The position numbers and the translations under genes are program-made. This document shows positions 16,678-25,890 of a stretch of 49,893 bases of DNA, piece after piece. Numbering within the stretch: position 1 is the first letter of the stretch; each line of letters begins with the position of its first letter. Under the pieces are notes generated by a model. That model was not told where the DNA came from. It did not search any database and saw nothing but the letters and a program-made list of their open reading frames with translations. The stretch comes from Bacilli bacterium. GTDB lineage: Bacteria > Bacillota_I > Bacilli_A > RFN20 > CAG-826. Location of the stretch: the NCBI GenBank assembly GCA_040396875.1, contig JBBAWZ010000003.1, forward strand, positions 1 through 49,893, in the 5' to 3' direction.

Positions 16678-17859
16678 ATGCAATCCATTATTTCTACCTT
16701 ATTATTCCTCATTTCTTTAGGGGTTTTAATTCTGATTCATGAGCTTGGTCACTTCTTAGTCGCCAAGGCTTTTCATGTTTATGTTAAGGAATTTTCCATT
16801 GGTTTTGGTCCGGTGTTATTTTCATGGACTAAAGGCGAAACAAAATATGCTTTGAAAGCATTTCCACTAGGCGGATATGTAGCGATGGTGGGAGAAGAAG
16901 TATCAACAGATGATCTTAAAATTCCCTTTGAACGAAGTTTGCTCGGTATTTCAAAACCAAAGCGTGCTTTGGTCATGTCTGCTGGGATTATTTTGAATTT
17001 AGTATTAGCTTTTGTTTTATTTTTTGCATCAAACTGGGGCTTTACCCAACGAACGCTTACCAATCAAATGGTGATTACCGAAACCTCTGTTGCCGATGAA
17101 GCTGGCCTTGAAACTGGCAATGTTTTGGTGTTCACCAATTTAAACAATGGAACGATACCAGTTAACACTGATGAAGGCGATGCCACTTATCATTTGTATT
17201 TAAATGAATTCCAAACGTATGACGACACACTCGGGGAATTATTAAACGTTGGAAAAGTTGTAGATGGTTCATTTGTTCCATACGTGCTCGATTCAGAAAC
17301 GGACTTTATTGAATTTGCTTTACCAGTTAGAACCTATACCGATAGCACGACCTACACCGAAACAAATGTTTTGATTCGCTTAGATGCGGTTGTTACGGAT
17401 GCAGGGTTTGCATTTGAATCATTAGGGATTGGCTTCTACGTGATCATGACGGATTATACGTTTACAGAAGCGATTGCCGAAGCGGGTCGCGATTGGTGGC
17501 GAGGTGTGACCTTAATCATCAATACCGTTATCAATTTATTTCAAGGTCAAAACCTTGATCAAGTTGGAGGCATTGTTGCGATATTTTCGACCACTTCTTC
17601 GATCCTCAATAATTTAGGTTTGGGATCCTATATCTTTATTTGGGGTCTTATTTCCGTCAACTTAGCGGTCTTTAATTTACTTCCCTTTCCAGGTTTAGAT
17701 GGTTGGCATTTACTCGTCATTACGATTGAAGGCATCTTCAAAAAAGAAATTCCAGCGACGATCAAAAATTCGATTTCTTTAATTGGCTTTTTTATATTAA
17801 TGAGTTTAATGGTGTTTTTATTGATTAAAGACATATTGGCATTAGTCTTGGTGTTATAA
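16678..17859 (+). CDS. rseP: Site-2 (RIP) zinc metalloprotease RseP/RasP family
   Basis: HELGHF zinc motif in TM1, second motif NLLPFPGLDGWH, and a PDZ-like middle region. Confidence 0.9.
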   Translation: MQSIISTLLFLISLGVLILIHELGHFLVAKAFHVYVKEFSIGFGPVLFSWTKGETKYALKAFPLGGYVAMVGEEVSTDDLKIPFERSLLGISKPKRALVMSAGIILNLVLAFVLFFASNWGFTQRTLTNQMVITETSVADEAGLETGNVLVFTNLNNGTIPVNTDEGDATYHLYLNEFQTYDDTLGELLNVGKVVDGSFVPYVLDSETDFIEFALPVRTYTDSTTYTETNVLIRLDAVVTDAGFAFESLGIGFYVIMTDYTFTEAIAEAGRDWWRGVTLIINTVINLFQGQNLDQVGGIVAIFSTTSSILNNLGLGSYIFIWGLISVNLAVFNLLPFPGLDGWHLLVITIEGIFKKEIPATIKNSISLIGFFILMSLMVFLLIKDILALVLVL

Positions 17860-17860
17860 G

Positions 17861-20800
17861 ATGCAAGAACAAATGGTTCGGTTTTTACAAAGTATTGGAT
17901 TAACCGATCCAGAACGTTTTGACATGCAATTCGAAGCTGTGACCAAGAATCCCCTTAAACCTCAACAATGGGACATGATTGTAACCAAAGATACACCTTG
18001 GACTTACGATTTACTTGAGCCGTTTCTTGCAGGCATCAGTCAATTAAATTATCCATCGCACTTTACGTTTACGTATCGCCAACCACCAACCTTAGCCTCG
18101 ATGCTGCAATTAATGATGGATTGGTATCGTGTTCAATTTCGCCAACCTTATGGAAGATTACCTTTACTCAATGGAAATTCCATTACCATTACCTACCCCA
18201 ATCAAGAAGCTTTCGATCAAGAAAAATCGATGTGGACTCAATTGAATGATCTATTTATTTTCTTACAATATCCCTTGGTTTTTAAACATAAAATCCTTCC
18301 ACGTGTTGCTGAAGTCAATCAAGAAAAAGTTGATCAACTTCAAGAACAAGTAAAGGCCGTGATCGCTTCTCGCATTGAAGATGAAGAACAAGATCTGTTT
18401 ATGCGTGAACATCTCGAACGCATTAAAGAAGCGGAAACCCAACTTGCCATCAGTTATGAACAAGATGTCAAGCAACAAGTCAATGTCGAGGCTAAGAAGA
18501 AACTTCGTCAAAAGGGTGAACATGTCCCCATGGCGATTCAAGATATCAAACTCAATAGCGGCCATGTCGAAGTCATTGGCTCCATTTACAATTTATTTCG
18601 CAGAGAATTTAGTGGCAATCTTGTGATTCGTTTTGTCTTGGCAGAAGGATCGCACGCGATTCTTGCTTCCATCAATGATCGCGATGCCGATATCGATCAA
18701 GCTTTGTTACAAGGCTTACAAGAAGGAGACCGTATTCGCGTTCGCGGCGGCGTTGCCCTTGATCAAATCAATCAAGAACCTCGCATTTATATTAAAGAGT
18801 TAGTCAAAGTGAATCCCTTACCGATGCGCGAAGATAATAGTAGTCGTAAGCGCGTCGAGTTACATTTACATACCAAAATGTCGACGATGGATGGTGTCGG
18901 TGATATCGACGCTTATTGTGCGCTAGCTAAGCATATGGGACATGAAGCGATTGCGATTACCGATCATGGTGTCGTTCAAGGATTTCCCGAAGCGCAAGCG
19001 GCGGCTAAAAAGCATGGTCTAAAAATGATCTATGGTTCAGAGCTTTATATGATTGATGAAAATATTTCTCACATCATGAACGCCAGTCAAACCTCATTAC
19101 AAAAAACAGATTATGTTGTGTTTGACTTAGAAAGCACTGGATTATCCTCACGTTATGATCGCATCATTGAAATTGGTGCTTTACGCATTAGACAAGGAGC
19201 GATTATCGATCGCTTATCGATGCTATTACATCCGGGTGATGTTCAGATAAGTGCTGCTGCAAGTGACGTCAGCGGCATCACCATGAAAATGTTAGATGGT
19301 CAACCAACATTCGCGGCGGTCAAAGATAAAATTAATCAGTTCTTTAAAGATGCAATCGTGGTGTCCCATAACGCCCCTTTTGATATGGGATTTATGGTAA
19401 CTGCTTTTGAACAATTAGGGATAAGCTTTAAACCACCTGTCATTGATACATTGACCTTATCGCGTTATTTATATCCGGAAGCTAATAGTCATCGCCTCGG
19501 AGCACTTGCAAAAAGATTGGGCATTTCATACGAAGAAGATAAAGCCCACCGGGCGATTTATGATGCTGAAGTCTTAGTGGCGATCTGGGAAGCGTTACGG
19601 CAAAAAATCATTGTGGATCATCGTATTCAACTTCACCAAGATTTAAAACAGTTGAATCAAGTTAATACCTTGTCTAAAAATTTAAGAAGTTACCATGTCA
19701 CGGTGTTAGCCAAAAACACCAAAGGCTTAAAAGCTCTTTACGAATTGGTGTCAGAAAGTCATCTCAACTATTTTGCAGATATTCCAAGAACACCGCGAGA
19801 TTTACTTTTGAAACATCGTGAGCATTTATTGATTGGCTCCGCTTGTTTAAATGGTGAAGTATTTGAAACCGCAAAAACCGGATCGCGCGAAGCCCTCCAA
19901 AAAGTGATGGCGATGTACGACTTTATCGAAATTCAACCACTGGAACAATACGATTATTTAATTCATATCGGCACCTTACCTTCTCAAGACATGGTGAAGA
20001 CTTTATTAAAAGAAATCATCACCGTTGCCAAAGATTTAAAGAAGATGATTGTTGCCACTGGCGACTGCCATTACGTCAATCCTGACGATCATTTAATTCG
20101 AGATGTTTACATTTTTGCTAAAGGTTTAAAAGGTGTGAATCACCCGATGAATCCTTACTTCCGAAAAGATTTACCTAAGTTTGAAAATCCGCATCAGCAC
20201 TTTCGTTCCACAACTGAAATGTTAGAAGCCTTTGCCTGGTTAGGAAAAGAAGAAGCTGAACGAATCGTCATTGATCATCCAATTGCAATCGCAAAGATGA
20301 TTGAAAAAATGGAACCGATTCAATCAACGCTTCGAACACCTGCGATTGAAGGTGCAGACAAAATGTTAAGAGACATTTGTTTTGAAAAAGCACATGCGCA
20401 GTATGGCAAGGTTTTACCGCCACTGATTCAAGAACGTTTAGAGACAGAACTGAATGGGATTATTAAATCTGGGTACGCCGTCATTTATTACATCACCAGT
20501 AAAATCATTGCCCAAGCCAATGAAAAAGGTTTTATTGTGGGTTCACGAGGATCAGTTGGAAGTTCATTTGCTGCAACGATGGCAGGTATCACCGAAGTGA
20601 ATCCATTACCTCCCCATTATTATTGCTTAGAATGTCAGTATGTTGAATTTAACCAAGATGCTAAATATAAATCCGGTTTTGATTTACCGGTTAAATTATG
20701 TCCTGAATGCGGTCACTTACTGAAGAGTGATGGTCAAAATATTCCCTTTGCGACCTTCTTAGGATTTAATGCGAATAAAGTTCCGGATATCGATTTAAAT

Positions 20801-22243
20801 TTCCCTCGCGATTATCAATCCCTTGCCCATGAAGCGACTAAAACTTTATTAGGTGATCATCAAGTTTATCGAGCAGGAACCATTGAAACCGTTGCCGAAA
20901 AAACAGCGTATGGTTATGTTAGAGGCTACTTTGAAACGATGGGTGAAGATGTCACAAAGCTTAAGCAAGCTGAATTAACATATCTTGCTAAAAAAGCTGA
21001 AGGGGTTCGTCGAACTTCTGGTCAACACCCTGGTGGGATTGTTGTGGTCCCTAAAGAATTTAGTGTCTATGACTTTACCCCCATTCAACGGCCTGCGGAT
21101 AATTTAGAAACCAATATTGTCACCACCCACTTTGCCTTTGATTCACTCCACGATGCCTTATTAAAATTTGATATGTTAGGCCACGTTGATCCGATGGCAT
21201 TAAAAATGAATGCGGATTTAACAGGGATGAAGATTGATGATATTCCATTAAATGATCCTGATGCATTAAAGTGTTTTGCTTCAGATTCAGTGTTAAATCG
21301 TAAAGAAAAATATGTAGAGATGGTCAATGGTGCGATGGGACTACCTGAATTTGGTACAAATCTCGGGATGGATATTTTGAACGTCATCAATCCAAAGTCG
21401 TTTAATGACTTGGTGATCATTTCAGGTTTAGCTCACGGAACCGATGTCTTTAATGGTAATGCGAGAAATTTAATTACCGATAAAGTTGCAACCGTGGATG
21501 AAGTGATTGGCTGCCGTGATGACATCATGACCTATTTAATCTCCAAAGGCATCGATGCTTTAATCGCTTTTAAAATCATGGAAGATGTGCGAAAAGGAAA
21601 AAAATTAACCAAAGAATATACCGAGTTGATGAGACAAGTTCATGTTCCTGAATTCTATATTGATTCCTGTAATAAAATTAAATATCTTTTCCCAAAAGCT
21701 CACGCGGTTGCTTATGTGACAATGGCAGTTAGAGTAGCCTATTTTAAAGTTCATCATCCACTAGCGTACTATGCTACTTACTTTACCTTACGATCCAAAC
21801 AATATGATTACGAATTGATGCGATCATCCAGCAAAGAAATATATCAACAACTTCAACGTTATAAACGCCAAAAGAATGAATTAAAGAAAAAGCTTTCACC
21901 GAAAGAAGCGGATTTAGAAGTGACGTTGATGAATGCTTTGGAAATGAAAGAAAGAGGATTTGAGATTTTACCGATTGATTTAGAAAAGTCCCAAGCAGAA
22001 GCGTTTATCATTGATGAAGCCAAACAAGGATTAATCCCTCCTTTTACCGTGATTGATGGAATTGGCGCAAACGCGGCCTTATCGATTGTCAAAGCTAGAG
22101 AAGAACGGATGTTTGTCAGCGCAAAAGACTTAATGAATCGAACCAAACTTTCGAACACGAATATTGAAAAACTCAAAACTCAAGGTGTGTTGAAGGCAAT
22201 TGAAGAAGAGGAAACGGTTTCTTTATTTTCATTTGCCGATTAA
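17861..22243 (+). CDS. polC: DNA polymerase III PolC-type alpha subunit
   Basis: 1460 aa. PHP domain (ELHLHTKMSTMDG), DEDDh exonuclease insert (VVFDLESTGLS ... HRAIYDAE), zinc module (CLECQY...CPECGH), and the Pol III alpha core. Confidence 0.97.
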   Translation: MQEQMVRFLQSIGLTDPERFDMQFEAVTKNPLKPQQWDMIVTKDTPWTYDLLEPFLAGISQLNYPSHFTFTYRQPPTLASMLQLMMDWYRVQFRQPYGRLPLLNGNSITITYPNQEAFDQEKSMWTQLNDLFIFLQYPLVFKHKILPRVAEVNQEKVDQLQEQVKAVIASRIEDEEQDLFMREHLERIKEAETQLAISYEQDVKQQVNVEAKKKLRQKGEHVPMAIQDIKLNSGHVEVIGSIYNLFRREFSGNLVIRFVLAEGSHAILASINDRDADIDQALLQGLQEGDRIRVRGGVALDQINQEPRIYIKELVKVNPLPMREDNSSRKRVELHLHTKMSTMDGVGDIDAYCALAKHMGHEAIAITDHGVVQGFPEAQAAAKKHGLKMIYGSELYMIDENISHIMNASQTSLQKTDYVVFDLESTGLSSRYDRIIEIGALRIRQGAIIDRLSMLLHPGDVQISAAASDVSGITMKMLDGQPTFAAVKDKINQFFKDAIVVSHNAPFDMGFMVTAFEQLGISFKPPVIDTLTLSRYLYPEANSHRLGALAKRLGISYEEDKAHRAIYDAEVLVAIWEALRQKIIVDHRIQLHQDLKQLNQVNTLSKNLRSYHVTVLAKNTKGLKALYELVSESHLNYFADIPRTPRDLLLKHREHLLIGSACLNGEVFETAKTGSREALQKVMAMYDFIEIQPLEQYDYLIHIGTLPSQDMVKTLLKEIITVAKDLKKMIVATGDCHYVNPDDHLIRDVYIFAKGLKGVNHPMNPYFRKDLPKFENPHQHFRSTTEMLEAFAWLGKEEAERIVIDHPIAIAKMIEKMEPIQSTLRTPAIEGADKMLRDICFEKAHAQYGKVLPPLIQERLETELNGIIKSGYAVIYYITSKIIAQANEKGFIVGSRGSVGSSFAATMAGITEVNPLPPHYYCLECQYVEFNQDAKYKSGFDLPVKLCPECGHLLKSDGQNIPFATFLGFNANKVPDIDLNFPRDYQSLAHEATKTLLGDHQVYRAGTIETVAEKTAYGYVRGYFETMGEDVTKLKQAELTYLAKKAEGVRRTSGQHPGGIVVVPKEFSVYDFTPIQRPADNLETNIVTTHFAFDSLHDALLKFDMLGHVDPMALKMNADLTGMKIDDIPLNDPDALKCFASDSVLNRKEKYVEMVNGAMGLPEFGTNLGMDILNVINPKSFNDLVIISGLAHGTDVFNGNARNLITDKVATVDEVIGCRDDIMTYLISKGIDALIAFKIMEDVRKGKKLTKEYTELMRQVHVPEFYIDSCNKIKYLFPKAHAVAYVTMAVRVAYFKVHHPLAYYATYFTLRSKQYDYELMRSSSKEIYQQLQRYKRQKNELKKKLSPKEADLEVTLMNALEMKERGFEILPIDLEKSQAEAFIIDEAKQGLIPPFTVIDGIGANAALSIVKAREERMFVSAKDLMNRTKLSNTNIEKLKTQGVLKAIEEEETVSLFSFAD

Positions 22244-22263
22244 ATAGGTAAAATAGATTGACT

Positions 22264-22340
22264 CGGGATGTGGCGTAGCTTGGTAGCGCGCTTGGTTCGG
22301 GACCAAGAGGTCGTGGGTTCGAATCCCATCATCCCGACCA
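22264..22340 (+). tRNA. tRNA-Pro (anticodon CGG)
   Basis: Cloverleaf folded by hand: acceptor CGGGATG/CATCCCG, anticodon stem CTTGG/CCAAG, loop TTCGGGA, T-loop TTCGAAT, encoded CCA. Confidence 0.85.
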
Positions 22341-22351
22341 TGAGATCAATC

Positions 22352-22377
22352 AAAGAGTGAACGTTCACTCTTTTTTA
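22352..22377 (+). terminator. Terminator after tRNA-Pro
   Basis: AAAGAGTGA-ACGT-TCACTCTTT followed by TTTTATTTT. Confidence 0.7.
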
Positions 22378-22415
22378 TTTTCTAAAGAAGTCGTTATAAT
22401 AGGAGCGGTTCAAAC

Positions 22416-23693
22416 ATGGCAATCATATTGATGATGACTTTAGCACTCATGATGATCAGTTTATTGTGGTTTTCTTCTGCCACCATCTTTGGTAAAAAAA
22501 CCCAACTCTTTTGGATCATTACTTCTTTAGGTGCCTTGCTGATCTTACTGTTACATCCGCAACCCTTATTAATGATTGAATCTGCGTGGTTTGGGGATGG
22601 GGTGATTAATCCAGTTCGGATTTTAGGATTATTCTTTTCATTTACAATTCTCGCTATTTTTTTAGATGAAGTCGGGCTGATTAAGTATCTTGCGTATCTA
22701 GCAGTCCATCGGGCCGGTTATTCTCAAAAGCGACTCTTTTTCATTTGGTTTTGGCTCGTGGCGATTGCCACCACATTAACGGCCAATGATATCGTGGTTT
22801 TAACCCTGACGCCTTTCATCATTTATGTCGCTCGGCATGCTAAAGTCTCCCCATTGCCTTATTTAATCAGTCAATTTGTATCTGCCAATACGTGGAGCAT
22901 GCTACTCATCATTGGCAATCCAACCAATATTTATTTAGCAAGTATGTTTCAAATCGATTTTTTAGAATATGTCACCGTAATGTGGCTACCGACCATCCTC
23001 ACTGGATTATCGAGTTTAGGTCTTCTTTACTTGATATTTAGAAGATCATTAACCCAACCATTAAATCGTCCAGATATGGTGATTAATCCACCTCATTCAA
23101 GTTATCGTCTTGGTCTATTGATGTTAGGGGTTGCGATTGGTTTCATGGCAATCTCACAATGGATTGGTGTCGGTATGGATGTCTTAACTATTTTATCTGC
23201 AGTATTATTAATCATTTTCATGCTCATGTTCTTTCCCAAAGAAGCGCACCTTGGCAATACGCTTGGTCGTTTACCATTTGAAATGTTGCCTTTCTTTTTA
23301 AGTATGGCAATCCTTGTTTATACGTTTGATTTCATAGGCTGGACCGATCAAGTCGCAAATTGGTTTTTGACCTTTCCTAGTCTTTATAGTTTTGGTATCA
23401 GCAGTTTCTTTGCGAGCAATCTGATGAATAATATTCCGATGAGTTTATGGTATGCCAACATGCTGTTGGGAATGGAAGTGGTTGACCTGCCAGCGGTTTA
23501 TGCCTCCATTATTGGTTCGAACATTGGAGCTATCCTGACGCCGGTTGGAGCATTAGCAGGGCTGATGTGGATGAGCATTCTTAAATCAAAGCAAGTGACA
23601 TTATCCTTTGGTCAATTTGTCTTATATGGCATCACCATAGGCCCATTATTACTGATGATTGCGTTATGGACTTTAGATTTAATTTACCGCTAA
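22416..23693 (+). CDS. ArsB/NhaD-superfamily anion/ion permease
   Basis: 425 aa and highly polytopic. Blocks resemble the arsenical-pump/YbiR-type permeases (TANDIVVLTLTPF, IIGNPTNIYLA, NNIPMSLW, GSNIGAILTPVGALAGLMW). Confidence 0.65.
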   Translation: MAIILMMTLALMMISLLWFSSATIFGKKTQLFWIITSLGALLILLLHPQPLLMIESAWFGDGVINPVRILGLFFSFTILAIFLDEVGLIKYLAYLAVHRAGYSQKRLFFIWFWLVAIATTLTANDIVVLTLTPFIIYVARHAKVSPLPYLISQFVSANTWSMLLIIGNPTNIYLASMFQIDFLEYVTVMWLPTILTGLSSLGLLYLIFRRSLTQPLNRPDMVINPPHSSYRLGLLMLGVAIGFMAISQWIGVGMDVLTILSAVLLIIFMLMFFPKEAHLGNTLGRLPFEMLPFFLSMAILVYTFDFIGWTDQVANWFLTFPSLYSFGISSFFASNLMNNIPMSLWYANMLLGMEVVDLPAVYASIIGSNIGAILTPVGALAGLMWMSILKSKQVTLSFGQFVLYGITIGPLLLMIALWTLDLIYR

Positions 23694-23714
23694 AAATTGA
23701 TAAAATATTGACAT

Positions 23715-23790
23715 GCGGTTGTAACTCAGTGGATAGAGTATCTCACTCCTAAGGAGAAAGTCGGACGTTCGAATCGTCTCAACCGCGCCA
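23715..23790 (+). tRNA. tRNA-Arg (anticodon CCT)
   Basis: Acceptor GCGGTTG/CAACCGC, anticodon loop CTCCTAA, T-loop TTCGAAT, encoded CCA. Confidence 0.8.
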
Positions 23791-23847
23791 AGGTTTAATC
23801 TATGATTGTTTTTTGGAATTTTATTTGTTAAAGTGTAAAAGCAATTT

Positions 23848-23923
23848 GGGGCTGTAGCTCAGCTGGGAGAGCGCCTCCATGGCATGGAGGAGGTCGCGAG
23901 TTCAATCCTCGTCAGCTCCACCA
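23848..23923 (+). tRNA. tRNA-Ala (anticodon GGC)
   Basis: Acceptor GGGGCTG/CAGCTCC with the G3:U70 Ala identity pair, anticodon stem CCTCC/GGAGG, loop ATGGCAT, encoded CCA. Confidence 0.85.
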
Positions 23924-23933
23924 AACTGCAATT

Positions 23934-23961
23934 AAAAACCCTTCATACAGAAGGGTTTTTT
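23934..23961. terminator. Bidirectional terminator (tRNA-Ala / aldo-keto reductase)
   Basis: AAAAACCCTTC-ATACA-GAAGGGTTTTT, with A-run and T-run flanks on both sides. Confidence 0.75.
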
Positions 23962-23964
23962 CTT

Positions 23965-24792
23965 TTACCGGTAATCGAGGTTTTCGAGGGCGAGTAAGTT
24001 TTGCATATCAACTTTATCAAGTTTGAAGTCTAACATACCATTTTCACGAATTCGTTCTGGGTGGGTTGATTTGGGTAGTGTAATTGCTCCTAGTTCTACG
24101 GTAAAACGTATGGCAATTTGTGCAGGAGTTTTGCCATATTTTTTGGCAAGATCGTTGAGTAATTCAAGTTTAAAAATTCGGCCTGTTGCTAATGGTGAAT
24201 AGGCTTCAATGGCAATCTTTTTTTCTTCACAATACGCTCGTAGGCTTTTCTGTGGTCGACCAATCCATAATGGAATTTGGTTCACATGGGGAAGGATATC
24301 AATGCCTTTAAATAGACGTTCTAGGTGTTCAATTTCAAAATTTGAGACACCGATGGAACGAATTTTTTTGGCACGATAAAGTTCTTCCATGGCTTTCCAT
24401 GCTGCAATATTGCCTTGTGCATAATCAGGGTTGGTTCGCCATTCGCTCCACGGCCAAGGTGCGTGAATTAAATAAAGATCAATATAATCAACGCCTAGAC
24501 GAAGTCTAGATTGTTCAAATTCGACGAAGGTTTGTTTGTAATCCTTTAGATGGGATTCAAGTTTGGTGGTGATAAAGATTTGATTTCGAGGTATTCCAGA
24601 ATCTTTAATCGCACGTCCTACGGAGGTTTCATTTCGATAGGCTGCTGCGGTATCAATGTGACGGTAACCTGCTGTTAAGGCTGCTAAGGTAGAACTATAG
24701 GCATCTTCACCTTCTTTAATTTGCCACGTACCAAATCCTAATAACGGAATAATCACCCCATTACTTAGGGTCTTTGTTTGTTTGAATACCAT
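23965..24792 (-). CDS. Aldo/keto reductase (DkgA/YtbE-like)
   Basis: AKR blocks (LGFGTWQ, HIDTAAAYRNE, DLYLIHAPWP, GVSNF). SD AAGGAG lies 8 nt upstream of ATG 24792; the track start 24822 is a non-ATG start further upstream. Confidence 0.85.
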   Translation of the reverse strand: MVFKQTKTLSNGVIIPLLGFGTWQIKEGEDAYSSTLAALTAGYRHIDTAAAYRNETSVGRAIKDSGIPRNQIFITTKLESHLKDYKQTFVEFEQSRLRLGVDYIDLYLIHAPWPWSEWRTNPDYAQGNIAAWKAMEELYRAKKIRSIGVSNFEIEHLERLFKGIDILPHVNQIPLWIGRPQKSLRAYCEEKKIAIEAYSPLATGRIFKLELLNDLAKKYGKTPAQIAIRFTVELGAITLPKSTHPERIRENGMLDFKLDKVDMQNLLALENLDYR

Positions 24793-24894
24793 GTCAGTCT
24801 CCTTGATTTTAATTATAACCAATTCTTAAGCATCCACAATCTTAAATAATTTAAATTGTTTATAATGTAGTAGCGAAAAGATGAGGTAAAAAAA

Positions 24895-25392
24895 ATGAAA
24901 ACAATTTATTTAGCAGGTGGCTGTTTCTGGGGCGTTGAAGCTTATTTTAAAAAACTTAAAGGTGTTACTGATAGCCAAGTTGGATATGCCAATGGCAATT
25001 ATGCTAACCCAACTTATGAAGAAGTTTGTGATGAAAAAGCGACGCATGCGGAAGCAGTTAAGGTCGTCTTTAATGAAAAACAAATTAGTTTAGAAAAATT
25101 ACTCGAACACTTATTTCGGATTATCGATCCAACCTCTGTTAATAAACAAGGCCATGATGAAGGTATCCAATATCGAACGGGTGTTTACTTTGAAAGTAAA
25201 GAAGATGAGGCTGTTGCAAAAAAATATGTGCAACTTCGCCAAAAAGATTACCGCAAAACCATCGCATTAGAAATTCAACCATTACGAGGTTTCTATGATG
25301 CTGAAACCTACCATCAAGATTATTTAGATAAGAATCCCAATGGTTATTGTCATGTCGATTTTCGCTTATTAAGACCTGAGGAAAAAAAGTAA
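24895..25392 (+). CDS. msrA: Peptide methionine (S)-sulfoxide reductase MsrA
   Basis: Active-site GGCFWGVEAYF, and a C-terminal YHQDYL. Confidence 0.93.
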   Translation: MKTIYLAGGCFWGVEAYFKKLKGVTDSQVGYANGNYANPTYEEVCDEKATHAEAVKVVFNEKQISLEKLLEHLFRIIDPTSVNKQGHDEGIQYRTGVYFESKEDEAVAKKYVQLRQKDYRKTIALEIQPLRGFYDAETYHQDYLDKNPNGYCHVDFRLLRPEEKK

Positions 25393-25848
25393 ATGAATAA
25401 GGTTACTGAGTATCAAACCTTACTTTCTGCTACACGTGGTTTACTCCAAGATAAACAGCAACCCGTTTCAATCTATGCTAATTTATCAGCATTATTAAAA
25501 CAAACATTAACCGATGTTTCTTGGACTGGATTTTATTTATATAACGGTAGTGCACTTTACTTGGGTCCATTTCAAGGAAAAGTTGCCTGTGTTGATATCA
25601 CCCTTGACCGAGGTGTCTGTGGTAAATCAGCTCGTGAAAGAAAAACCATCGTTGTTCCGAATGTCCATGAATTTCCAGGGCATATTGCCTGTGATGAAGG
25701 TAGTAATAGTGAAATAGTCGTACCCATCATTAAAGACAAAAAGTTAATTGGTGTTTTAGATATTGATAGTTATAAATTTAATCGTTTTGATTCTGTCGAT
25801 CAAGTTCAACTTGAAGCGTTTGTTAAATTATTAGTGGCTGCTATTTAA
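25393..25848 (+). CDS. GAF-domain free methionine-(R)-sulfoxide reductase (fRMsr/YebR-like)
   Basis: GPFQGKVACVDITLDRGVCG ... FPGHIACDEGSNSEIVVPI matches the fRMsr three-Cys GAF family pattern. The ATG directly follows the msrA stop. Confidence 0.75.
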   Translation: MNKVTEYQTLLSATRGLLQDKQQPVSIYANLSALLKQTLTDVSWTGFYLYNGSALYLGPFQGKVACVDITLDRGVCGKSARERKTIVVPNVHEFPGHIACDEGSNSEIVVPIIKDKKLIGVLDIDSYKFNRFDSVDQVQLEAFVKLLVAAI

Positions 25849-25890
25849 TTCAAACTTACAATTGTTGTTGAAGTGTGGTTTAATTTTCTT

